The notes under the pieces were generated by a model that searched no databases, had not been told where the DNA came from, and worked only from the letters and a program-made list of their open reading frames with translations. Shown here in pieces: positions 12,938-25,199 of a stretch of 64,000 bases of DNA (positions are counted from its first letter, which is position 1; each line of letters opens with the position of its first letter). This stretch comes from Octopus bimaculoides (lineage: Eukaryota), in assembly GCF_001194135.2 (NCBI RefSeq), contig NC_068982.1, forward strand, positions 59,594,910 through 59,658,909. The letters run 5' to 3'. Both the position numbers and the translations under genes were made by a program.

Positions 12938-13073
12938 TTGTGTCTGTGTTTGTCCCCCACCACTGCTTGACAACCAGTGTTGGTGTGTTTACAGACCTGT
13001 AACCTGGCAGTTCAGCAAAAAAGACTGATAGAATAAGTACTGGGGGTCGATTTGTTTGACTAAAACCCTTCAA
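12684..13073 (+). mobile_element. SINE family B with internal (TG)n, lacking its last ~50 nt
   Basis: A box TGGCTATGTGG, B box-like AGTTCAGTCC; ggaaactgaaagaag core; (tg)n; gatagaataagtactgggggtcgatttg. Confidence 0.9.
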
Positions 13074-13742
13074 AGTAACACAGTAACAAACAATACAGTA
13101 AGGTGTGACATACAAGACTTTTGGCTGTTGTTTCTAGCACATAGAGGCTATTTCTCTCTGTTAAGCTGTTCTCCAATAGTCACTGGATTCCATGTCTATA
13201 GATTTGTTCACAGAGAGTTAGCTGGGCCTGCATAGCAACAACAAAACAGTAACAAACAATACAATGTGATATGCAAGACATTTGGCTGCTATTTCTAGCA
13301 CACAGAAGCTCTTTCTCTCTATTAAGCTGTTCTGCAATGGTCACTGAATAATGTCAATGTCTTTAGGTTTACTTGTGGAGAGTTAGCTGGGCATGTATAA
13401 CAACAACGACCACAGCAACAAACAGTAAGGTGTGATTTGCAAGACATTTGGCTGCTATTTCTAGCACATAGAAGCTCTCTCTCTCTATTAAGCTGTTCTT
13501 CAGTGTTGACTGGATTAGCTTCATATCTATAGTTTTGCTTATGGAGAGTTAGCTGGATTTGCATAACAACAAAGACCTCAGTAACACTACAGTAAGATGT
13601 GATGTGCATGACATTTAGCTGCTATTTCTAGCACGCAGAAATTCACTTTCTATTAAGCTGTTCCCCCAATGTTCCCTGGATTACCTTGATGTCTTTAGAT
13701 TTGGCTCATGGGTCTGCATAGCAACAATGACACAGCAACAAT
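13074..13742 (+). repeat. Tandem array of four ~165-bp units
   Basis: Anchor tttctagcac at 13131, 13292, 13458 and 13625 (periods 161, 166, 167). Each unit also carries ctattaagctgttc and gagagttagctgg. Confidence 0.9.
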
Positions 13743-14235
13743 AATAAGGATTAGAAAACTTGCTAAACAACATTTTTGTGTGGTGAAAATTTGCTTAAAA
13801 GATTGTATTACTGTGTAATGGCGAAATGTAAGAGCTGAAATATGTCTTTCATATAAACACAAAATGATATCAGCAAGAAATAAAATACACTGAAAGATAG
13901 AATCTGTGTCTAAGTCAAGCAAATTGTAAACATTCACAGCTAATGAATAAATAAGTCAATTTACGAAATGTATACATAGGCATGAAGGTTGTGGTGAGTA
14001 GAGAGAAGTGGGGGGGGGGGCAAAGAGCGCGAGGGATGGAGAGGGATAGAGAAAAAATAATATGATATAAAGAGAAAGAGAGACAATGAGAGAGACTGTG
14101 GAAGAGGAAGAGAGAAGGTGGGGGGGGGAAGAGTGAGAGAGAGGATTCAAATGTAAAGTAAAATATAAGTAAATTGAAAATGTACAGGAATATATATAAA
14201 ATCCACATTTTTGATTTGACGATGGAGGAGGAGGA

Positions 14236-14270
<35 letters not shown>

Positions 14271-14499
14271 ATTGGAAATAGTTTCTCTTTTAAAACAGCC
14301 AACAAAGAGAAAAGGAGAATAATGCTGGTGGGGGAGGGGGGAGGTATAGTAATATCATTTTAATTTTGGGCTATAACATGAGATTAAGGGTCAAAGTCCT
14401 TCATCTTAATTTTTTTAACCCTTTTGCCACCATACTTCTGCTGAAGCATACTGCCTTTCCCTCATGAACTTTTCAGCATCACAGTAATGATAATAATAA

Positions 14500-15706
14500 T
14501 TCTTTCTACTGTCGGCTCAAAACCTGAGATTTGTGGAGAGGAGCCTAGTTGATTACATCAAACTCTGTTCTTCACTGATACATGTTTCATCGACCCTGGG
14601 AGAATGAAAGGCAAAGCTGTCTTTAGCAGAATTCGAACTCACAGTGTAAAGAGATGAAATGCAACTAATCAGTTTATCTGGCATGCTAATGATTCTACCA
14701 GTTCACCACTTTAATAATGATAATAGTTTTAAATTTTGGCACAAGGCTAGCAATTCTGAGGAACTGTTAAGGCAATGTAATCGACCCAAGCACTTGACTG
14801 ATACTTATTTTATCGATCCCGAAAGGACGTAAGGCAAAGGCAACCTTGGTGGAATTTGAACTCACAACATAAAAACAAATGAAATGCTATTAAGCATTTT
14901 GTCCAAAATACTGACAATTCTGCCAGCTCACCACCTCAATAATAATGATAATAATAATAATAATGGTTTCAAATTTTGGCACAAGGACAGCAATTTTGGG
15001 TAGAGGTTTAATTAATTACAACAACTCCAGTGCTCCACTGCAGCTTATAACAACAATAACACATCCTCCAAATTTCTAGCTTTAATATATATATATGTTT
15101 AAGAATCGTGACTTCTGTATTGAAACATTTATAATAATGGGTTCAAATTTTGGCACAAGACCAGCAGTTTCAAGGAAGGAGCTAAGTTAGTTACATCAGC
15201 CCCAATGCTCAACTGCTACTTATTTTATCAAACTACAAAAAGGATGGAGAGCAAAGTCAGCTCCAGTGGAATTTGAACTCGGAACATATAGATGAACAAA
15301 ATACCACTAAGCATTTTGTCTGACATATTGATGATTCTGCCAGTACAAACCTTTGAAATATTTATGTATAATATTTACATATAATAATTCTTTGTAAAAT
15401 GTGTCTGAACCATTCTGATTTCCTCACCACATATCAGAAGGTAAAACATCTTGTATGGGGGCGGGGCTGAAAAGTTCCAGGTTTTAAGTGAATCATGAAA
15501 GGCCTGGTTGGAGGCCCAACCTTCTGAGTTCTTTTACAGGGCTTAGAAAAACTGAAGGATGGCTGCAATAAGTGGGTGAAACCGAAAAGGGGAATTTGTT
15601 GAATAAAATCATATGTGTGGTCAATAAAATAAGTGCCCTTTGAACCCAGTATTTTATTACTAATAAAAATAATTACTACCACCACCACCACCACCACTAC
15701 TACTAC

Positions 15707-15737
<31 letters not shown>

Positions 15738-16232
15738 CCTTTCTATTGTAGGTACAAAGCCTGAAATTTGGTGGTTGTCAGGGGGTGGGACTAGTTGATT
15801 ACATAGAATCCACTGCTTGACTGGTACTTATTTTATTGACCCCAAAAAGGATAAAAGGCAAAGTAAACCTCAGCAGAATTTGACCTCAGAACCTAAATGC
15901 TGCCATGTATTTTGCTCAGTGTGCTAATGGTTCTGCCAGCTCACCACCTTAATAATAATAATCTTTTAATAATAATAATAATAATAATAGTAATAATAAT
16001 GATAATAATAATGGTTCCAAATTTTGCCACAAGGCCAGCAATTTCAAGGGAGGGATTAAGTCAATTACATCAATCCCAGGGCTCAACTCGTACTTATTTT
16101 ATCGATCTCAAAAAGGTGAAAAGCAAAGTCGACCTCGGCAGAATTTGAAATCAAAATGTAAGGAGGGATGAAATGACATGACATGATGCATTTTGCCCAG
16201 CATGTTAACAATTCTGCCAGCTCACCACCTTA
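14500..16232 (-). mobile_element. Cluster of six same-orientation SINE family A copies separated by (AAT)n
   Basis: Copies at about 14500-14712, 14726-14938, 14964-15050 (partial), 15138-15350, 15737-15950 and 16013-16232. Most end in ctgccagctcaccacct(t), the reverse of the head. Confidence 0.9.
15456..15612 (+). mobile_element. Truncated mariner-derived MITE
   Basis: TA|tgggggcggggctgaaaagttcc TIR-like start, then gggcttagaaaaactgaaggatggctgcaataagtgg...ggggaatttgttgaataa, which resembles the mariner end (GLEKLK..C.K.V...GE.VE*). Confidence 0.6.
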
Positions 16233-16796
16233 ATGACAAAATTAATAATAATAATAATAATAATAATAATTACTTATAATTAGTAAAATTTCAATACCAT
16301 TTATTTATTTATTTTCCATGGTATTTATTAATGTAGCAGTAAACAATATAAGGTAGCAAATTACGAAGGCTACTAGAGCATTGGCTAGCATACTTTGCAA
16401 TATTCATTCTGACCCTCTGTATTCTGAGTTCAAATCCTGCAGGAGTTTTCTTTGCCTTTCAACATTTCAAGGGTCAATAAGAGAAAAAATACCAGTCTAG
16501 AACTCTGGCTTGGCAAAATTTTCAGACTAGTTCAGTGTTTCTCAAACAATTTTTGTACCTATGAACCCCTCTGGTACCTATTTTACTTGGATGGACCCTC
16601 ACAGCTATTCCATATTTAAAAATCCCTATTATATATATTTTTAATTATATGTTACTGAGAATTTTATTAAAATATTGTTAAAATGTACTGTGTCTTTGTT
16701 ATTAAGATATACTTCAATTGAATTGAATACTGAAAACATACATCTGAGTTTGTCATAGGTTAGCCTACATGTTACAATGTAACTTCCTTTTGGAAA

Positions 16797-16904
16797 TTCT
16801 CCCTGAAGAAATACCCAATTGACTGGTTTCAATTATGGAAATTTGAATTATATTTCTGTATTTGAATTGATTGGGTATGGAAACAGCTGTAGGCAGGAAA
16901 TTCT
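16797..16904 (+). ncRNA. Penelope-type (type I, palindromic stem III) hammerhead ribozyme motif
   Basis: cc-CTGAAGA (16803-09); stem II atacccaa/ttgggtat with further inner pairing; GAAA (16880-83); palindrome ACAGCTGT; GTA cleavage triplet; gg closing stem I. An A.G mismatch sits at the base of stem II. Confidence 0.6.
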
Positions 16905-17128
16905 ATGTATGAATTTGAATGTCTTTAAATAAATAATGTCTGTATGTCAATTTTTTCCATTTTCTTCATTTTCTCATTCATAAAGTAATTTAAACACCTA
17001 TACGTTTCAATGATAAACTAATATGCTTAGTTTACACTGAATGCTGGTAAAAACTGGAGAACTGGGATGCTTGCATCCCTTAAGGGACTTTAGTTCCTTG
17101 ACTAAATAATATATATATATATAAATAA

Positions 17129-17280
17129 CAGGCTTCTTGCAGTTTCCATCAACTAAATCCACTCACAATTCATTGGACAGTCCAAGGATATAGAAGACAT
17201 TTTCCCAAAATACCACACTATGGGATTGCACCCAGAACCTTATGGTTGAGAAGCAAACTTCTTACCATACAGTCACACCT
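17129..17280 (-). mobile_element. SINE family B, 5' half
   Basis: caggcttcttgcagtttccatc...agcaaacttcttaccatacagtcacacct is the reverse of the family B head. Confidence 0.8.
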
Positions 17281-18464
17281 AAGATAAAACATTTAAATAT
17301 TCAGGTAGAAAATTGCAAGTCTTCATCACTAACACATCATAGAGTCCAATTAGAAATGGAAGTAGAATAGAGAAAAATATAAAGGAAAAAAAATACAAAA
17401 ATATAAATTATCCAAGTAGAATTTGTAATTTATTTTACCATTTTAATGTGAAAGAATCAACAAACTAAAAAGTAACTCCAAAGTGGAATGGGTTAATAAG
17501 AATTTGAAAAACAAAAATACATTATACATGAAAAGACTATGAAAAAGTCTTTGAGTCTTTGAGGGAGAGCAAGAGAGAGAGATCAAGAGAAAACTACAGA
17601 GAGTGAGAAAGAGAGAAAGGGAAACGAATAAGCAGCCCTGAAATACGGTTAAATCAGATGAAATTATTCTTAATGTATAGTATCAGATATTGGAGAGAAG
17701 AGGGGTTAAATAGATGAAACAAAACTATATTGCGGTGAGGTTTGACAAGCAATTAATATATCCATGTACACATGAGCAAGCTTCTCTAAATTAAACAGCT
17801 AGCTGATGATAATGGTTAGTTTGATGATGATGCCCATCATTATTGTTGTTATTGCTGTTATGGTATTGATGACGATGATAATGATAATGATGATAATAAT
17901 AATGATGATCATAATTGTGATTATGAAAAGTGAGGAAAACTGAAATATAATAACAAAAAAAAGGAAGGGAAATAGGAAGTAGAAAAAATGACGAGGAAGA
18001 GATATAGTTGGTTAAAAATTGATTTGTATTGTATGAAAACAAGGCAACTGCAATTTACAGATAACTGTCAAAATTATAGTCAAACTATAATTGCATGTGC
18101 ATGCTGCATATGTGTATGTATGCGTTTGTATATGCATGTATGTGTGTAGTGGGGAAAGAGAGAGAGAGAATGTGGATGTGTGAGTGAGTTTGCATTAACC
18201 AAATCTATAGAGAGTGGTTTATAGGTCCAGAGTTCACATTTCCCACTAAAGACGGAAAAATATTCAGCCTTCAAATACAAATTCAGTATGTGTGTGTGTG
18301 TGTATGTGTGTGTGTGTATGTGTGTGTGTGTGAGAGTGAGAAAAAGAAACAGACAGACAGAGCAAAGAAGAGAGCACATACACACACATGCAACACACTA
18401 CTTAATATTAAAATGACAGATATACAGTCAGGTGAAAGGAACCCACTAAAGAAGACAAAGAAGA

Positions 18465-18516
<52 letters not shown>

Positions 18517-18824
18517 CATGTGTATGCACAAGTGTATATTAATATATATATATATGCATGTTTACATACACACTTGTATGCATACATACAAACATACATA
18601 TATACATAGATGCATACATTAGAGAGAAGTTTGACAGAAAAACACTGGTGATAGCAATGATGAGCTGTTCAATAAAGTCGAGCAGAAATGGTTAAAGATC
18701 TTTGTTATGTGTTATTTAGTGATTGGTCTGGACCAAACTATTGGCATCATTTCAGTTGGGTACTGGCACTTGCCTACAACACATTCATCTTTCTGTCAAT
18801 GGAACTAATGTCACTTGATATGTA

Positions 18825-19500
<676 letters not shown>

Positions 19501-19824
19501 CAAAACATGGAAGAATGAAATTGTTTGTGGCATAAACGAAATATTTATTCTGGCACAACTGTCGGAAAATGAAGATGACATCAATGAGTAGAAGTATCAG
19601 CAATGACAACAACGGATACTATATATGTTAGTGTCCCGCTTTAATTGACCTACATATGTAGCTCAACAAATAGTTGAGAGTAAAATACTTCATGTGGAGT
19701 GGTCTGCACACAAAATGTGAAAAAAGAAGGGTCTTATATATCGAAAGCTTTGATTGTTTGAGATTAAACAAGCTGTTAGTAGATAAAGACTCCCTGTAGT
19801 GTGTCTGAAGTCTAAAAACATCAA

Positions 19825-20640
19825 GTGGTGACTGGCTATGTGGTTAAGAAAGTTTCTTTGAAACTGGATGGTTTTGAGTTCAATTCCACTACATGGCATC
19901 TTTGGTAAATGTGTTCTATTATAACCCCAGGCTGACCAATACCATGTGAGTGAACTTGGGTGATGGAAACTGTGTGGAAGCCCAGTGTGTGTGTGTGCAT
20001 GTGTGCACATGTGTTTGTGTATGCATGTGTGTGTGTATGTGTGTGTGTGTGCATGCATGCTTTGTGTGCACATTCATGTGTGAGTGTGTGTGTGTGTATG
20101 TGCACATGCATGTGTGTGTGTTTGTCCCCTCCCTCCCACACAGTTTGACAACTGGTGTTGGTTTGTTATATCCTTGTACTTTAGCACTCTAACAAAAGAG
20201 ACTCATGGAACCAAGCCACACATTTAAAAATAAAAGCTACTGAGGTTGATTTGTTTTACCCATAAAGCACTGGGAATTGCACTTACATAGCATGGACTGC
20301 TGACCACATTTTATGAAAATGAGACTACCATACACACATAAAAAAAGCAAAAAATAGTTAGAATATCTTCTTATTATATAATGGTAGCAAGTTTTACATC
20401 ATCTGAAAAGTCATTAGTTGAGCTATTAGTCCTCTTGCATTCTGGGGGTTATCGGAGCGTTTGAGTGACATTAGTCACCAACAAACACCTATAAATTAAA
20501 TGCACCTATCCTGGTCACAATCGTGGCCTTTCGCCCTGTGCCTGACAGCCACGATCATGGGCCCATCGCGCTTTAAATGTTAACTAAACCCTTCAAAGAA
20601 GCATTCCTAGATGTTGCAATTAAGTGACTGAAGCAAAAAA
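19825..20640 (+). mobile_element. SINE family B split by a ~320-bp insertion (20260-20578)
   Basis: Head and body run to gaggttgatttgttttac at ~20259; the element resumes at gttaactaaacccttcaaag...gtgactgaagcaaaa (20578-20640). Confidence 0.7.
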
Positions 20641-21661
20641 AAGATTAAGAGAGATTAGCAGACAGAAATTCTTGGACAATGAAGATAATAGAGAAAAATC
20701 TCAGTTGATTTAAGTTTTTCAACTCATAATTATATATATATGTGAAACTTTGATGTATTTGTATTTTGTATGCATAATTTTGTACTTTGTACTTGAAGAT
20801 GTTGAGATAAATAAGAAAAAATGCAAGTCCTCCTGATGTTTAGCATAAAACAGTTGACGCCGGTGTTCAGCCAGTCCTTATTTATCAATCCCAAAAAGGA
20901 TGGTGAAAGATAAAGTCAACTTTGGTGGAATTTGAACTCAGAACATAAAGACAGGCAAAATGACACTAAATGTTTTGTCCGGCATGTTACCAATTCTGCC
21001 ACCTTGCCATCGCTATAGCAATAAGAACAACAAGAAAGTTTATGATAATCATGATGAACATGACGATGACTGGGGTGCAGAATTGTTCTACATACCTCAT
21101 AAACATGGAGGTACGCTGTGTTAGTGTAGCAGAAAACTCTGCAAGAAACTATTGGAACTATGATGGTAGATAACAACATCAACAATAATAATAAAATATT
21201 GATAAAATAAGGATGATGATGATAACAGGAAAATAAAAAAGGAAAAATAAAACAGGAAGAGAATAATTGTTTGTGGATAAAGAAGTATAATACTGTGTGA
21301 CAACTCTTGAAAGGACACCTGCCAAAATATGAGACATTTAATCAAGCAGGGATAATGGAATTCATCTGTCAATTCAGCAGTCCTACTTAATATAAAGTGA
21401 ATATTTTTGGCACAGTCTGTTGAGGTCAGATGCTTCCAATCAATGCTTTGTTGAAATGGAGAAGGCCATGTAAACTTTACTAATGATCAATCTTATTTAC
21501 TTCCTGTAGTGGACCTTGGTTAACTTGCTGTAATGGTGTTTGTTGTGGGTATTGTTAATACAGCTACTACTCCTGTTGTTGTTTAGTCCCAGGCAGATTA
21601 TGATTAAAGATGTTCCAGCTAAAACCATCCTGCCTATATATATATATATACATGTATATAT

Positions 21662-21790
21662 ATATATGAGGCAGCTGATGAAGGAAAATGTTCTCTATGT
21701 GACCTGTGTGTTTTCTGTACTCTGTTTATCATTTGTCTATGTTTTGTTTGCAATGTCCTGTACCCAGATGTGCATCTATATATACAGGTA
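21662..21790 (+). mobile_element. Fragment of repeat family H (possibly Penelope-related), between (TA)n tracts
   Basis: cagctgatgaaggaaaatgttctct...aatgtcctgtaccc matches the reverse complement of 36550-36700 (caactgaagaagggtaatattct...gatgtcctgtaccc). Confidence 0.55.
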
Positions 21791-21880
21791 GATGTAGGTA
21801 TGTACATACATGTACGTATATATGCTTATTTATTATTACGTATATATGCTCATTTATTATTACGTATATATGCTCATTTA

Positions 21881-21935
<55 letters not shown>

Positions 21936-21938
<3 letters not shown>

Positions 21939-22700
21939 GGTGCGATGAGTAAATTGTTGCTATTGCATTGTTTGTTTTTGACTTTGTCAATTACAGAGTA
22001 TAGTATGTTCAGTTGGGCACCATCTGTGAGAACAACAGCACCATGATGCAATTCATTCTGCTAGAAATTTGGAAAGGACATGCCGTGCTGCTTGGCATTA
22101 TAGCACCAGAAGCTCCAATACGAACATTTCAGTGTGTCTGGGTGTCAATCTGAAGACAGTGCAATCTGAGGACATGTACTGAGAGTGATAAAAATCAAAT
22201 ATCTAGTCAACATCATGGTGTTTGGAATGATCACTAGTGATGGCGATATTATGCCTCCATTTATCTTCCCATATAACCTCACACTCAAAACAGAGGACTA
22301 CATCAAGTGCCTGGATGAGGTAGGGTTGCCCTGGGTCAAGAGGGTGGCTGCTGGAAGACCTTATGTCTGGCAACAGGATTCTGCACCATGACACACAAGC
22401 AGGAGAACCCAGTCATGGTTGCCAGACAATTTCTGTGACCACATCCCCCCTAACATGTGGCCACCTAACTCCCCAGACTGCAACCCCCTTGATTATTATG
22501 AGTGGAGTGCAGTTGAGCAAGAGACCAACAGAACTTTTTGTAACACTAAGATGAACTGAAGGCAAGGTTTATGGCAACATTCACCAACTTAAACAAGGAT
22601 GTCATCCAGAAGAGTTGCAGGAGATTCTGAAGTCGTTTGGAGGCCGTGGTTGAAGTCAATGATGATTTTATTGAATAAATTTACTCTTTAGTATTTCAAG
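21936..22700 (+). mobile_element. Tc1/mariner superfamily DD37D (maT-type) transposase pseudogene, internally deleted, right TIR missing
   Basis: TA|CAGGGTG left end inside (TA)n. VNIMVFGMITSDGDIMPPFIFP...YVWQQDSAP*HTSRRTQSWL...WPPNSPDCNPLDYY...DELKAR...RLEAVVEVNDDFIE*. There are 37 residues between the D of QQD and the D of PLD, with premature stops and a frameshift. Confidence 0.9.
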
Positions 22701-23061
22701 ATATGGGATTTGAGTGTTATTTTCATTTTTGCATCATTTAGACAACAATATATTCACCACAATCTCTCTATATATAGAAGCAAGTACATTGTCTCTTTTT
22801 AACCTCACTGCCACAAAAAAGTTACTACTATATCTATGGGCATACAACATGCCCAGTGTCCCTTATTGTGGCTCTCGTGTTTCTTTGGCCTATATACTGT
22901 GGCACAAATATATAGTCACAGGTATGCCCTGGAATTTTCGCCTATTTTTGGGCTACATTTTCAGTTTTAAAAGGTACAGCAAATCTTACCATTAGTTTTC
23001 CCCTTTTTGATGATGGAATGTAATTTAAAAGAGATTTAGTCTTTGGATTAATATTAAGATT

Positions 23062-23262
23062 AAGGTGGAAAGCATGCTGAGGAAAATGTTTAGTGGCATT
23101 TCATCCATCTTGAGGTTCAGAGTTCAAATGCCACCAGGGTCGACTTTGCTTTTCATGATTTCGAGAAGGACAAAATAAGTACCATTAGAGTACTGGAGTC
23201 AATGTAATCAACTTAGCCCCTTTCTAAAATTGCTGGCCTTGTATCAAAATTTGAAACCAATA
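23062..23262 (+). mobile_element. SINE family A (gaaacc-type tail)
   Basis: aaggtgg...gagttcaaatgccaccagggtcgactttgc...ggccttgtatcaaaatttgaaacc. Confidence 0.85.
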
Positions 23263-23289
23263 TTAGAGTTAGGGTTATGATTAGTTCTT

Positions 23290-23518
23290 ATTTCTTTATT
23301 GCCCACAAGGGGCTAAACATAGAGGGGACAAACAAGGACAGACGAATGGGTTAAGTCGATTACATCGACCCCAGTGCATAACTGGTACTTAATTTATCGA
23401 CCCCGAAAGGATGAAAGGCAAAGTCGACCTCGGCAGAATTTGAACTCAGAACGTAACGGCAGAAATACCGCTAAGCATTTCACCCGGTGTGCTAACAATT
23501 CTGCCAGCTCGCCGCCTT
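23290..23518 (-). mobile_element. Full-length young SINE family A copy (AATAAAGAAA-type tail) with TSD
   Basis: CpG-rich copy flanked by ttatgattagttct (23275-88) and ttatggttagttct (23517-30). Confidence 0.92.
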
Positions 23519-23859
23519 ATGGTTAGTTCTAACAGCCTAAGGGACTACATTGAAGTTTCTTCATTTCCCGACCCTAGTCAGGTATTAATTATTGCTCAAC
23601 CATTCACAATTCAGAAATTAAGAAAATGTACAATAAATCAGGTAGAACTAAAATGTCTGTGAAAATAAGTTAACCTACTCGAGCCATTCTTTAATGACAT
23701 AATGTGGTATGTGATGTTAGGAGACCACCTAGGTAGGTTACTATTGGCAAAGAGATGAAGGTATGTTAGATTTAAGGAAGTGAGTGGCTAATTTGGCAAC
23801 CTCCACAGTGCAGCCAAAGCCATGCTATGTATCTGTGTTCTGTAAAGCTAAGTAATGCT

Positions 23860-24300
23860 CAATGCTAAAAGAAGAAACCTCTTTGTGGTTGCATGTCCTG
23901 CTAAAAATAGTTATATTTCTCAAATTATAAACTATAAGCTTTAAAAAAAATAGAAATGACGTATTGGATAATTATAGAACCCAATATATCTGGGAAAAAA
24001 AAAAAGACATGGTATGATTATAGTTGGAACACATTTGGTCATAGGCTTGTTCCATGACACTTGACCTGGGGTTAAAAAACATTCATAGCAATGATAGCTA
24101 CATATCTGAAATAGTTGTTACCTTGGATAATCTTGATAAAAGTTATATAGTCAAAGGTGTTCCTTATATGACCATCTTGACTGTTTCCTATCTGCATGGG
24201 GCTCAGAACTATATTATTTTTTGTGTCTTTTTAAAAATGAATGAGTGTAGTTTAAAAGAAATTTAGCTGTTATTTCTAGCTGGCTGAATGACCTAAAGAG
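23860..24300. repeat. Two divergent, oppositely oriented copies of dispersed repeat family F
   Basis: gtcctgctaaaaatag... (minus) and ...gaaatttagctgttatttctagctgg (plus). The same terminus occurs at about 25870, 49555, 54830 and 59450. Confidence 0.55.
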
Positions 24301-25168
24301 AGAATTGACTCCAGAATAAAACTGATATTTTATTCTTTGACCCAAAAGGGTGAAGTGTATAGCTGACATTAGTGGGATTTGAATTTTAAAATGTTGAGAG
24401 CCAGAACAAAGGCCACAAGGTACACTGCTAGTTCATTGTTTCTATATGTGTGTAAGCAATTATGAGCCAGTAAGCAAGCGAGTTAAGCAAGCAAGCACAC
24501 ATATATGTATAAGTGTGTATATACATATCCCTTCTACTTGTTTCAGTCATTGGTCTGTGGCCATGCTGGAGCACCATCTTGAAGGATTTTAGTCAAACAA
24601 AACAACATCACTACCTGTGGTTTAAAGTTTGGCACTTATTCTATCAGTCCCTTTTTTGCCTTACCACTAAGTTATGAGGACTAAAACAAACCAATACCAG
24701 CTGTCAAGTGGTGGTGTTGTTGGTGGTGGTGGTTGGGCAAACAGCACTACCACAACGATGCACACATGTATATGTATGTGTGTGTGTGTGTATACATGTA
24801 CACATATATATCAGATGGGCTTCAATCATGTATGTATATATGTATGTATCAATGTATGCCTGTGTATATATGTGTATATATGTATTTATGTATGCATTTA
24901 TGGATGTATTTATGCATGCACATATGTATGTATGTATGCAGACATGTTTACATTGTTTACATTTTTTGGCCTATGTATACTCATAAACGATGTAAAAATT
25001 GGCAAAAATCTGATGCTTTTCAGAGTCTTTTGCAAAGAACAAAGTCATTTGAACCACATTAAAGAGAATCTCTTGTCACTCTCTCCTTCTGAAAAGCAGT
25101 GAACCAGTCACTGACCTGATGGAAAACTGTAGCCAGTGACACTGCTGCTCCCAAATGGCAAAGTAAAA

Positions 25169-25199
<31 letters not shown>

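Noticed and set aside
16533-16740. hAT-like left TIR cagtgtttctcaaac
   Set aside because: No matching right TIR or TSD was found.
20500-20570. HDV-like or theta ribozyme
   Set aside because: The P3/L3 consensus, P1.1 and catalytic J4/2 motif could not be fitted; only a simple stem-loop is supported.
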